In this document: positions 1 to 11,882 of the stretch, in pieces | Layout of the letters: each line of letters opens with the position of its first letter | Numbering within the stretch: position 1 is the first letter of the stretch | Source of the DNA: Felis catus | Lineage: Eukaryota | Direction of reading: 5' to 3' | Length of the DNA: 64,000 nucleotides | NCBI RefSeq assembly: GCF_018350175.1 | Contig: NC_058368.1 | Coordinates: forward strand, 94,552,001 to 94,616,000 | The notes under the pieces: generated by a model | The model's database searches: none | Told to the model about the DNA's origin: nothing | What the model saw: the letters and a program-made list of their open reading frames with translations, nothing else | Program-made: the position numbers and the translations under genes

Positions 1-78
1 CCAAAGCACCACCCACCCCCAGACTTGACCATGGGTCATAGGTCAGAGTCGTCTTCTCCAAATTTACACATTTAAAAC

Positions 79-300
79 GGGGGCGCCTGGGTGGCTCAGT
101 CGGTTAAGTGTCCGACTTTGCCTCGGGTCGTGATCTCACGGTTCCTGATTTTGAGCCCTGTGTTGGGCTCTGTGCTGACAGCTCAGAGCCTGGAGCCTGC
201 TTCAGATCCGGTGTCTCCCCCTCTCTCTGCCCCTTCTCCACTCATGCTCTGTCTCTCTCTCTCTCAAAAATAAACATGAAAAAAAATTAAAAGAAAAAGA
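79..300 (+). mobile_element. Can-SINE (SINEC_Fc)
   Basis: ggggcgcctgggtggctcagtcggttaag head, (CT)n linker, AATAAA/A tail. Confidence 0.93.
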
Positions 301-769
301 AATTTTAAATGTAAGCAATAGAATATCACCGTGCATCCAAGTCATTATGTGTGAGATATCTCCCGGTATTTTCTAGACCATCCGTTCTCTATTTCCTATA
401 TTTCCTCTGATGACAGTCCCACTTCCAATAACCATGTCACCTGTGTCTTTTCTTCCACGTTCCTCTTCCTCCTCTTCCTCTCCCTCCTTATCCCTCTTGG
501 GCTCCTTTCTCCCTTTCCAGCAACCTCTGCCTGCCTTCTGCCTGGCTGTCTGCCCCTCCTGCGACCTTGGTCTTGCTACCCCGCTGTGCTCTCCATCCAA
601 GTGTGCTGGGAGGCTCTGACACTGGTCACCAGGTGCGGGTGACACCGCCGAGGACTGCCTGATCCCACCAGAGGAGTGCCCAAGTGCCACTCCCCAACTA
701 TCTGTTGAAAATCAAAATCCAGTTACATCTTAGCTTCTGTAGTAAATAAAAAGCACTTAAAGAGCTTAT

Positions 770-985
770 GGGGCACCTGGGTGGCTCAGTCGGTTAAGTG
801 TCCGACTTCGGCTCAGGTCATGATCTCACTCACGGTTTGTGGGTTTGAGCCCCGCATCAGGGTCTGTGCTGACAGCTCAGAGCTTGGAGCCTGCTTCAGA
901 TTCTGTGTCTCCCTCTGTCTCTGCCCCTCCCCTCCACACACTCTGTCTCTCTCAAAAATAAATAAACACTAAAATTTTTTTTTAA
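770..985 (+). mobile_element. Can-SINE
   Basis: Full head, linker and tail; TSD aaagagcttat. Confidence 0.93.
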
Positions 986-1589
986 AAGAGCTTATCAAAT
1001 GCCCACCTGATTGGTTAATAGTCCTTCCTCTGAATATGAAAAAGAATTCTGAGTAATATACATTTGTCTTACCTGGATGAAGACAGTTATTCCAGATAGG
1101 CATTGCATTTTATTATATTGTACTTACCCTTGCTATAAAGTGAAGTAATTATTGTGTCACTACTGAGATAGCAAGAAGTCAGGGAGGGATACTGATGTAG
1201 ATTTGTGTAAAGGGCATAAACACTCCATTCACCAATAACCCAGCTTACCTATTAGTGCCCTACCTATAAAACCACTTCTCCAAGCCATCCAGTTTACCCA
1301 GTTTGCTCTGTACTGTTCACCTTATAAAAAAAAAAAAAAGTTTATAAGATGTACAATGTGGTCGTGACTGTTTTCCATTTGGTAACTAGAAATGAAAAGT
1401 TTTCCTTACAATTTTCTGCTTCTTTCCTGATCAACCCACTAAGTGACTTCCCATCGCTGACTTTAAAGGAAAGAACAGATGCCTTGGTCTTGAGGACTGG
1501 AGATCGTCTGTAATTTAGAGCTCTGGGGTCAAGCTGCACTGCAGTTTATTCTGAGGAATGAATGAAGGAGAGAAATGAGCTTCATTTTG

Positions 1590-1800
1590 TTTTTAATTTT
1601 TTTAGTGTTTATTTATTTTTGAGAGAGAGAGACAGCGTGAGCAGGGGAGGAGCAGAGAGAGGCAGACACAGAATCTGAAGCAGGCTCCTGGCTCCGAGCT
1701 GTCAGCACAGAGCCGGATGCGTGGCTCGAATTCACAAACTGCAGGATCATGACCTGAGCCAAAGTCAGAGGCTTAACCAACTGAGCCACCCAGGCTCCCT
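1590..1800 (-). mobile_element. Can-SINE
   Basis: Antisense full-length copy. Confidence 0.9.
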
Positions 1801-2099
1801 GAGATGAGCTTTAAAAGGGAAGCCTGCTCGATTGCTTTTCCTGTTTGCTTCAACAAATGCTATCTTTTTTCCATCCAAACTCTAGCAGGATTAACATGGC
1901 CAGAGCAAAGCCTTAATGGCTTCACAGTAAATAGAACTGCCTCCCTCATGCGGAGGAGCAGGAATCAGCATTCGAGACCATGTAAATATTGCTTTTGGCC
2001 CGCTCTTCTCTGGAATCCAACAACATTCAGCAAAGATATTCCTTACAACACACATATCTAAGAGTCATGTGGACTTTTCCTCTTCTCCTCCTTCATAAA

Positions 2100-3860
2100 C
2101 AGGTTGGTCCTTAAGGTGAGGCAGAGCAAGGCAGGCCTCTTTATGAGGAGAGTCAGGGGTGGGGCCGGGGAGACCCATGACCCGGAGTGGGTGGGGGAGT
2201 TTGGGTGGGCGATGGGGGAGTCTGTACAGTGGGGAACAGCTTGGTACAGGATGGCAGAGCCCAGGAAGGTGAGTAGGACATGCACATGGGGCAGGGAGGG
2301 GGCTTACAACATGGAGAGTCAGAGCCAAACAGGGTAAGGTGGACATCTAGCAGGGGTCCACCTAGCATGGGCAGTCGGAGCCCAAACAGGGTGAGAATGG
2401 GGAGTCCAAGCCCTAGTGGGGTAAAGGGGACTTTCAGAGCCAGGGCAGTGACCCAGCATGAGGTAAGGGAGCCTGAGGATGGTGAGGAGGGCATCACGTG
2501 GGGTGGGGGGAGGACAGTGATGGGAGCTTGGTGACCACAGATGAGTGAATCATATCCAAAGATATATAAATGCTAATAGGACCCAGGTTTCTCACTGTTG
2601 GAGAAGAGCATAGCAAACATTCAAAAAGGGAAACCTAGAAGGGACCTTTTGTCGTTGGATTGGAGTCGGAGGTATGGATGTGAACAGTCCTCACAGTTTT
2701 CAGTATATGGATAGAGTCCTGCATAGACATGTAAATGTGTGTAGACGCATCTTGCCCCTTCTGTAGACGAACAGATGTGTAGGTACAGATATGTATACAG
2801 ATACAGATATAGATATACATGTCAACATCAATCCTACCTTCTCAGCAGAGGGGGCCTGGGAGCAGCCACACCCTACCAACAACGAACACAGCTAGTGCCC
2901 AGATCTTGGCTTCTAAACACCATGGTCTATGCAAACCAGGGCTCCTCAGAGAAATGGCTGATTTCAGGGCTTTCATGGGAAAGGGACAATTCGAGACGGA
3001 ATGTCTTTTTGTACCGAAAGACAAGGAAGTGTTCAAAGAATGATGGGAACATTGATACTTAAGCCAGCTTGAAGCACCCCCCTTTTAGTCAAATCTGGGG
3101 AAATTTGAGCATCATAATAAAGACAGCAAGTTATCAAATAGGGACTCATGAATCTATAGTTTTCTGTCTAATGAACAATTGAAATACTGATGAGGAAAAG
3201 GATATATACACAATTTCAAGGCGACTTACCATCAAACACGAATAAATTACAAAGGGAAAGTGAGTAATTTACAATTATCACCTGGCAGACATCCCCTCAC
3301 TCCACCCGTGAGTGTGAACATCATCCCAGTGGAATTAATTAAAAAAAAAATTGCTCCGTTTAAAAAGGCGAGATGACACTTTTGTTATATCCTTGACAAA
3401 CCTCCATGACATGAATTTAACCATGAGGAAACATCGGACAAACCCAAATTAAGGTGCATGCCAGAAAGCAGTCTTCAAAAGCCTCAAGGTCACAGAAGTA
3501 AAGGAAAGATAGAGGATAGAAGACCATCTTAGACTGAAGGGAATTAAAGATACATGACAACAAAGTGTAATGTGATTCTGAACTGGATCCTTTTGCTATG
3601 AAGAACATTACTGGGACAACTGGAAATATCTGAATGGAGTCTGAGGATTAGATACTAGAAATGTATCGACATTAATTTTCTGACTCTGACAGGTGTATTG
3701 TATTAGGTAGAAAATATCCCTGGTTGTAGGAAGTACACATCAAGGGGTGAATGGGGCATCTGGTGACAACTCACTCTTAATGATTCAGGAAAAAATATTT
3801 TTGTATTGTAATTCCAATTTTTCTATAAATGTGTGATTAAATAAATTTAAAAATAAATGT
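2100..3860 (+). mobile_element. Ancient L1 3' end (L1MD/L1MC-like), including an internal degenerate G-rich repeat at 2100-2540
   Basis: Recognisable motifs (ccagatcttggcttctaaacacc, agggctcctcagagaaatggctgattt, ctggatccttttgctat...ggacaactgg) and a typical ttgtattgtaattccaatttttctataaa...aataaa terminus. Confidence 0.65.
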
Positions 3861-4079
3861 TATTTTTTAGTAAAACTGTAATATATTTTTCTTTCAAACC
3901 ATTTTTTTCTTTCAGGCGTGGTAACAGCCACTCACAGTCCTCAAGTTTATCTGTTAAACATTTCAGTTAACACAAAGTAAAAACTTAAGTTGTCCCAAGA
4001 AACCTAATGTCTTGTTTCAGCCAATATTTTCCTAGAGGAAATTTTAGTCCTAGAGGCACTAAAAATTTAAAAAATTATT

Positions 4080-4202
4080 GGGCACCAGTGTGACTCAGTT
4101 GGTTGGGTGTCTGACTCTTAGTTTCAGGTCAGTATAATTCCAGGGTCTTGGGATCAAGCCCTGTGTCAGGCTCGGTGATGAGCATGGAGCCTGCTTGGAT
4201 TC

Positions 4203-4237
<35 letters not shown>

Positions 4238-6125
4238 CCCCTCTCCATCTCCCTCTCCCTCTCCCTCTCCCTCTCCTTCTCTCTGTCTCTCTCCCCCTCC
4301 CTCTCTCTGAAAAAGTGTTATTCAAGGGGTGCCTGGGTCATTCAGTTGGTTAAGCATCTGACTTTGGCTCAGGTCATGATCTCATGGTTCATTGAGCCCC
4401 GCATCGGGCTAGGTGCTGTCAGCATGGAACCTGCTTCAGATCCTCTGTCCCCTCCTCTCCTTGTCCTTCCCCCCCCCCCCCCCTCAAAAATAAACATTAC
4501 AAAAAAAAAAAAAAAAAAGAATGGCCCCTCAACACTAGCATCTCTTACATGGGATCAACACAGTCTGATAATTTCACCAATTCATGCGAACCAGGCCTTA
4601 GTGAGGCCGTCAGTCTGAGGCCTCATTTAGGAGATTGTCCTAAGAATGCTCTGTGACAGAGGATAGGTATGGTTTCTTTCAGAAGGCGTTTCTTGGACTT
4701 CAACAGTGAGCAGAAGGCCTTCCGAATCACCAGTGCCAGATGGTGGCTTCAGTCTTAGGAGCTTCCATGAAAGCTAGGCGGGGGAGGGGACAGATTTCTT
4801 CCATAAGGTTGGTGTTCTCCCTGCCCCCGCACCGACACACCCCCTGATTTTACAGAAAATACACTCTTTTTATAAATAGGTACAGAGTGGGGCGCCTGGG
4901 TGGCTCAGGCGGTTAAGCATCCGACTTCGGTTCAGGTCATGATCTTGTGGTCTGTGAGTTCGAGCCCCGAGTTGGGCTCCGTGCTGACAGCTCAGCGCCT
5001 GAGGCCTGCTTCAGATTCTGTGTCTCCCTCTCTTGCCCCTTCCCCATTCATGCTCTGGTTTTCTCTGTCGCTCAAAAATGAGTAAACGTTAAAAAATTAA
5101 AAAATAAAAACACTTAAAAATTTTTTTAATTAAAAAAAAAAGCTTATTTTAGAACTCCCTTTGAAGATCTCTGATTCAATGACTAGGACTTGAGCTGGTC
5201 ATTTGCTTCCTGTAAGTGCCCAGCACACTCACAAATGGCCATGTTGTCCCACCTCCTCCCGGTGACAGTGGCTAAACAGCAGCCGCTGGGGCCTTGAAGG
5301 TGCTTGTTCGCTAAGTACCCCCTTGTAATTAACCTGATCGATGGGCGGTGTCAGCGCTGCGTCCAAGGCCAGGGGCGTGATCAGAATCCCACCTTGAGAG
5401 TCTATTTTCTGGGAGTCTGCTGCCGTCCCTCAGGCCTCAGTCAGGAAAACAGAAACCAGATCTGCTTTTTTTGGACTGAGAAAACTTACCATAAAAAAAA
5501 AAAAATGGTATAGAGGAGCCTGCGGGGCTCAGTTGGTGAGTGTCTCACTTTTGATTTTGGCTCAGGTCATGGTCCCAGAGTCATGGGATCTGTTCTCTGA
5601 AGAGAATTTCTCTTTCTCTTTTTCTTCATTTTTTTTTTAACGTTTATTCATTTTTGAAAGACAGAGGGGTGAGCGGGAGAGGGGCAGAGAGAGAGGGAGA
5701 CACAGAATCCGAAGCAGGCTCCAGGCTCTGAGCTGTCAGCACCGAGCCCATCGTGGGATTCGAACCCATGAACCGAGAGATCATGACCTGAGCAGAAGTG
5801 GGACACTTAACCGACTGAGCCACCCAGGCGCCCCTCCGAAGAGAATTTCTTAAGAGATTGTTAAGATTCTCTCTCTCTCTCCCCATGCCCCTCTCCCCTT
5901 CTCATGCTGTCCCTCTCCCTAAAATAAAAAATAAACTGGTGCATCTGGGTGGCCCAGTCGGTCGGGCGTTTGACTTCAACTCAGGTCATGATCTCAAGGT
6001 TCGTGAGTTGGAGCCCCACGTGGGGCTGTCTGCTGACAGCACAGAGCCGGCTTCAGATCCTGTCCCCTCCCCCACTGGTGCATGCGTGTTCACTCTCTCT
6101 CAAAAGTAAATCTTTAAAAATAAAA
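4080..6125. mobile_element. Cluster of about 6 Can-SINEs (4080+, 4326+, 4889+, 5515+ split by 5625-5834 -, 5938+)
   Basis: Multiple heads and tails; the nested copy is flanked by TSD gaagagaatttct (5599-5611 and 5838-5850). Confidence 0.88.
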
Positions 6126-6129
6126 TAGT

Positions 6130-6620
6130 AAATCAATAAATAGTATATAAGGAACTGAAGGGTTAAAAGAGTAACAATGAGATAACCTCAAGGGGGGTGA
6201 AAAAAAACCTGCAAGAAACGGCTAGCACCTCCCGGGCAGGAGTAACAAGGGGAAGAGGTGAGCTTATGCAGAACCTAGAGGCAGGTGCTGCTGCCTCAGA
6301 AGCTCAGAGAAAGGGCGGGCAGGGCGGGGACCCAGACCTTGAGGACGGGGCCCCTGGCACTCTGAGGCGACACACCAGGCTCGGTCTCGGAGACCACGGG
6401 GAATATCCCAGGAACTGGAATCCAACAACCACCCTCAGGAGAAAGGGTCATTGCTGGGGTGATGATGGCAGAGCGGGAAGCAAAGAGGAAGGAGCAAGCC
6501 CCTTCGCCCCACCCCAGCTTTTCCGTGAGCCTCAGCGCCCCCTGCTGGCAGAGCTGGCACAGCCCAGATTTCGGTTTGCAGAGCCGGGTCCTGCCCTCGC
6601 TACAGCAGAGAACTAGGTGG
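6130..6620. mobile_element. Old MaLR LTR fragment (MLT1-like)
   Basis: Degenerate MLT1-type motifs, e.g. cagcgccccctgctggcagagc and gggaagcaaagaggaaggagcaagcccctt. Subfamily not resolved. Confidence 0.45.
6533..6549 (-). promoter_or_regulatory. CTCF consensus motif
   Basis: Minus strand reads GCCAGCAGGGGGCGCTG, a near-perfect match to the CTCF core CCASYAGRKGGCRS. Confidence 0.5.
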
Positions 6621-6841
6621 ATTTGGGACTGAGAGACGGTGGCCTCCTAACCAACTCAGGTCAGTGTAATTGTTCCGATTTCAACACACGGGGCAACAGA
6701 CGCAGAAGCCAGAATTTAACACACACGCTGTGTACTGCCAAACCTCATTTACTGTGGCATTTTCTTTTACCTATCAGTTCAGGACACAGTGAATAGGGAT
6801 CACACACACTTACTATGGGCCAGAACTAGAGAGCGGCCAGC

Positions 6842-6903
6842 TTTTTTTTTTTTTTTTCAAGTTTATTTATTTTGAGAGAGACACAGCACAGTGGGGGAGG
6901 GGC

Positions 6904-6937
<34 letters not shown>

Positions 6938-7083
6938 GGAGACAGAGAATCCCAAGCAGGCTCCAGGCTCTGAGCTGTCAGTGCAGAGCCGATGTGGGGC
7001 TCGAACTTACCAACAGCAAGATCATGCATGACCCGAGCTGAAACCAGGAGTCAGATGCTTAACCGAGGCATCCAGCTGCCCCT
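6842..7083 (-). mobile_element. Can-SINE
   Basis: Antisense copy with poly-T and (GA)n. Confidence 0.9.
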
Positions 7084-7529
7084 CAAGTAAGCAGCTCTTG
7101 GAAAAACAGGCAATGCTTCATGCAGGCACAGCCTCAGAACAAAAGAAAACTTCCTAAGAATGATTTGTATAAGAACATTAGATTTGGACCTGTATTGAAA
7201 AGAAACTTTAGGTAAATACATTTAAAGAGGTTATTGGATCTACTTTGCAAACACTATTTACATAGATTTTTAGGGAATGGCCAAAGTTCTAAAATAACTA
7301 GCTTCACGTTGTCAAATCATTAATTGCTATGGTTTATAATTACATTTAAAACCTATGGATTATACAGAAAGTATAGCCTAAGGATACTTTATTGATAGAA
7401 ATAAACTTTATTCATGTAAATGTGACTCACAGATATGCTTATGTTACTCCTGAAAGCTAGCTTCAGTGGTAACACTCCATTCCTACAGGTTTCATAAACC
7501 ACATATGACCATAAAAAGGATTTAAGTGA

Positions 7530-7742
7530 GGGGCGCCTGGGTGGCTCAGTCGGTTAAGCGTCTGACTTCGGCTCAGGTCATGATGTTCAGGTCATGATCT
7601 CACGGCTTGTGGGTTCGAGCCCCGCGTCGGGCTCTGTGCTGACAGCTCGGAGCCTGGAGCCTGCTTCAGATTCTGTGTCTGCCTCTCCCCTGCTTGCACT
7701 CTCTCTCTCAAAAATAAATAAATGTTAAAAAAATTTTTTAAA
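7530..7742 (+). mobile_element. Can-SINE
   Basis: Full copy; flanks share tttaagtga. Confidence 0.92.
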
Positions 7743-8774
7743 GGCTTTAAGTGACTCCAAAGTTAAAAATCCCAGAAATTTAATTTCATATGAATTCCAA
7801 ATTCATATGTCAAATTTGTGAAAAAGTGTTGAATTTATTGGTGCATTTGACTGTCCTTAGTGATTTTTTCCTTTGAAAGCAATTAATGATTTTCATCTTT
7901 TTATGTATTTTTTTCCATTTGAAATTGGAAACTCTCTTCCTCTAAGCAATCCTTTTCCTTGGTAACTTGAAAGTAATGCAAAGTGCATTAGTGATTTTCT
8001 CTAGCATTTCTTGGAAGTATGCTATGGATTCTACAGATGTTGATTAAGCACCGCCAATTCCTTGATTATGACCAATGGGGGGCAGGGGAGGACTCAGGCA
8101 AAGGGAAGCCCAAAAGGGTTCTTGTTCCCAAACTCCATTTCACTTGAGATGGCTCTGGTTTTGTGGGTTTCACGCGTTGGGGTTGATGTAGAGGAAAATC
8201 TAAAAAATGACGTTTGAAAACTGATGGACTCCGTGATCTCCAAAGCCCTTTCCAGGCGCGACATCACAAAGACATCTAGCTTGTTTGCTCCTCAAGAACC
8301 TTCTAGACAAATCATGTTGTTCTGCAGCCTCTGTAGGTCCCACACATGCCCTCCTCAGACGCCCGTCGCTTACCTCTGACATGACTCACCTATGGCTGTA
8401 GAAGAGGTCAAACAAATGATATTTGGTGGGCATGAAAATTCTGGAGCAGCGTCCATTTACTGATGCTTGGCCGGTAAGAAACGTGCCCTCCACCGGGCGT
8501 TCTTGAAGATTTTCTCTGTGGATTGAGGTTTTGCGCCATCTGCTGGGCATATTTATTTTGCACATACTCTGAGAAACTGCGTTTATTCTCAGACCTAGGT
8601 TTCAAAATATTTATTACTAATTTTAAAAAGTATAAAATAGATGGTTAGTCTAGGAAACATGTAAGTGTAGGGGATAATGAAGGGTAAAACAAAAATACAA
8701 AGATACCTACTATTCTTAATGACAGTTCCTTGTACATGCACACAGGAATATGTTGTCTTTTGGTTTGGGCTTGT

Positions 8775-9194
8775 GTTTTTTTAATTTTAATTTAATTTTA
8801 ATTTTTTTCAACGTTTTTTATTTATTTTTGGGACAGAGAGAGACAGAGCATGAACGGGGGAGGGGCAGAGAGAGAGGGAGACACAGAATCAGAAACAGGC
8901 TCCAGGCTCCGAGCCATCAGCCCAGAGCCTGACGCAGGGCTCGAACTCACGGACTGCGAGATCGTGACCTGGCTGACGTCGGACGCTTAACCGACTGCGC
9001 CACCCAGGCGCCCCAATTTTAATTTTATTTTAGAGAGGGAGAGAGAAAGAAAGAGAGAGAGAGAGAGACCAGGGTGAAGGGTCAGAGGAGGAGAGTGAGA
9101 GAATCCCAAGGAGGAATCCCACAGCCCTGGGATCGTGACCTGAGTCGAATTCGAGAGTGGGACCCTCAACTGACTGAGCCACCCAGGCGCCCCT
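8775..9194 (-). mobile_element. Two tandem antisense Can-SINEs (young SINEC_Fc plus an older copy)
   Basis: Two cccaggcgcccc heads ending at about 9014 and 9194. Confidence 0.9.
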
Positions 9195-10854
9195 TGTGGT
9201 TTTTTTTAAACACAAATTTGAGATCAACACTGTATTAGCTTAGGTTGTGTCAGTAGTAAAAGGAGAAGACACATCGCAGATCTAAGATTCATGGGGAGGG
9301 ACGGTTGTGTGATTTACTTTTGCTACGCAAGGCAGGAATCTTATGTTCCAATTTAACAGGCAGGCAGGATAGAGGTAGGGTTAGGGGACTGGGTGAGACC
9401 CTAGAAGAGTGCCCTACAGTGCTCAGAATCACAGGAAACAGATCCCCAAGTTACTATTTCCAGTGGTAAATGTGGCATCCCGCATTTCTCTTAGTGTGTA
9501 TGTCGTGAGCCCCAATGTGCTAGTCACTGAGACACGTGTTCTAGAACCAGGAGGCCTTACAGATGCTGCTTTGAAGTGAGAGAAGGACAGGAGGGGACGT
9601 AAGTGTGTACAGAAGCAACTATAAATACAGACTTGGAAACACGGAAGCAGGGAGCTTATCCTAATTGGGCAAAGGGACTGTGTGGAACACATAAGTGGGT
9701 CCTGAAGGTGGGAACGTTCCTTGCATTTAGGAATGGCTAATGGAAGTCAGGTTGAGGGAAGGCTGCGGTGACAGTGAGCTGGGAAAGTAGATGTAGGTCA
9801 TGTCACGGATGGTCTGAAATGCGGGCCAAGGATCACACAGCATCACCAAGATGTTGGAAGGGGAAGACGACACAATGGAATCCATTTTAGGAGGATGTCA
9901 CTGTGGTCGTGATGTGTGAAGACGTGAAGGACTGAAGGCAGAGACACCAGGTTCAAGTCAGAAGATGGCTTTGTAGGTATGGGAGGTATTAAACAGACAT
10001 GAAAAATCACTATTCGGCGGACCTAGGAACAGAGCGCAGTCAGAAAACCACAGTCCACGAATAATGACTGCTAAATAAAGCAAAATTTGGACCCAGTTGT
10101 GAAAGAAATCGGACAGCAAACATGGCCCTGTGGATCTTTAACGATATGCAGCCTTCCAATTTACATCATGCACGCTGACGGAAACCGGAAATCCTTGAAA
10201 CTGCAAGCCTCAGGCTTCCAGAGCAACCCTGGGGCCTGAGAGACATCCTGGAAAGACAGAAAATGGAACAGAATGGGGACATGCACAGACAAGCCACCTT
10301 GCTACTGGAGTGGTAGGGGGTGGGGGTGGGGCAGCCAGCCCTGCACGTCCTGGCCTCCATCAGTGAAAGGACCAGAGGGCCTTCCAGGCTTGATTGTAAG
10401 CCAAGAGCACATGTGGAGGCTTACACCCAGAGCAGGGGGTTGGTGGGAAACTTTCCAAGTCAACATCTCTCTGCTCTCCCTGGTTCACCTCCCCAGTGCC
10501 TTTTCCCATTATCTGTCATCAAATAGCTGTCCCAGAAAGCCTGGCCTCCATGCATGGTCTCCAGACAATCAGAGAAAATCAGCCTGGAACCTTTCCAAAG
10601 GCACTGGGGTAAACATCACAAATAACTGATAAAGAATACATAAGACAACAAATATACCAGAAAGCAGAGGAAAATACAAAGAAACTTCTCCATGGAATAA
10701 AATATTAGGGAAATATTTCTTCTTTGAAACAAGAGTTCAAATTGTAGATAGGAGTCAAATATGGTAAAAGGAGACAAGTAAATCGAGCAGACAGAAGCAG
10801 ACCTAATGAGATTTATATCCACAAATGCTCATATTAGAAGAAAAAAAGGAATAG

Positions 10855-11263
10855 GGGTGTCTGGGTGGCTTAGTCATCTAAGTGTCCAACTTCAGCTCAG
10901 GTCATGATCCCACAGTTCACGGGTTCAAGCCCCACGTTGGGCTCTGTGCTGACGGGTCAGAGCCTTGAGCCTGTTTGAGATTTTGTGTCTTCCTTTCTCT
11001 CTGCCCACCCCCTCAAAAATAAATAAACATTAAAAAAATTTTTTTTTAATTTTTTTTTCAACGTTTTATTTATTTTTGGGACAGAGAGAGACAGAGCATG
11101 AACGGGGGAGGGGCAGAGAGAGAGGGAGACACAGAATTGGAAACAGGCTCCAGGCTCTGAGCCATCAGCCCAGAGCCTGACGCGGGGCCCGAACTCCCGG
11201 ACCGCGAGATCGTGACCTGGCTGAAGTCGGACGCTTAACCGACTGCGCCACCCAGGCACCCCT
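10855..11263. mobile_element. Tail-to-tail Can-SINE pair (+10855-11040, -11041-11263)
   Basis: An A-tail runs directly into a T-tail. Confidence 0.9.
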
Positions 11264-11410
11264 AAAAAATGTTTTTTAAAAGGAAAAAAAAGGAATAAAA
11301 ACTAATGAGCTGAGCATTCATCTTAAGACAAAAGAAAAATAACACGAAAAGAGACCCAAAGATATGAAATAGAAAAAAATATATATATAAGAATGAATGA
11401 ATGAATGGAA

Positions 11411-11415
11411 GGAAG

Positions 11416-11482
<67 letters not shown>

Positions 11483-11560
11483 GAAAGAAAGGAAGAAAGA
11501 AGGAATGAAAGAAAGAAAGAAAGAAAGAGAGAAAGAAAGAAAGAAGGAAAGAAAGAAAAA
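11411..11560 (+). repeat. (GAAA)n microsatellite, imperfect
   Basis: Directly visible tetranucleotide array. Confidence 0.95.
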
Positions 11561-11569
11561 GAGCTTTTT

Positions 11570-11750
11570 TTGATAGGATGAGAAATGTCTAAGAGAGAAG
11601 ACACAGCATTAGGAATAAAAAGGGAAACATAACTACAGATACTTCTGACAGAAAACATAATGATGTTTTGAACAAATTTATGTCAATAACATTGAAAACT
11701 TGGAAAAAAATGGTTAAGCTCCTAGAAAAATGTGATTTACCAAAATACCT
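11570..11750 (+). mobile_element. Old L1 ORF2 fragment
   Basis: aagagagaagacaca...aggaataaaagggaaacataactacagat...gaacaaatttatg...tcctagaaaaatg matches degenerate L1M ORF2. Confidence 0.6.
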
Positions 11751-11793
11751 CTAGGGGAAAAAAATACACCCTGTAGATTCTCATCTGAAATGT

Positions 11794-11804
11794 TCTTTCT
11801 TTCT

Positions 11805-11865
<61 letters not shown>

Positions 11866-11882
11866 TCTTTCTGTCTTTCTTT
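11794..11882 (+). repeat. (CTTT)n microsatellite (expanded tail of the antisense SINE at 11883-12115)
   Basis: Directly visible; abuts the SINE tail. Confidence 0.93.

Noticed and set aside
79..165. tRNA-like heads with Pol III A/B boxes
   Set aside because: They are the tRNA-derived 5' parts of Can-SINEs, not tRNA genes.
1249..1320. 72-nt minus-strand exon as protein-coding (GEQYRANWVNWMAWRSGFIGRALI)
   Set aside because: No recognisable homology, and phase-incompatible with the other candidate exon; kept only as a possible non-coding exon.
2100..2540. Degenerate G-rich repeat with several ORFs (collagen-like or CRISPR-like appearance)
   Set aside because: Irregular units contiguous with an old L1 3' end; no Gly-X-Y frame and no repeat-spacer architecture; the DNA is mammalian.
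6197..6616. 139-aa ORF
   Set aside because: Lies in an MLT1-like LTR remnant, uses a GTG start, and resembles no known protein.
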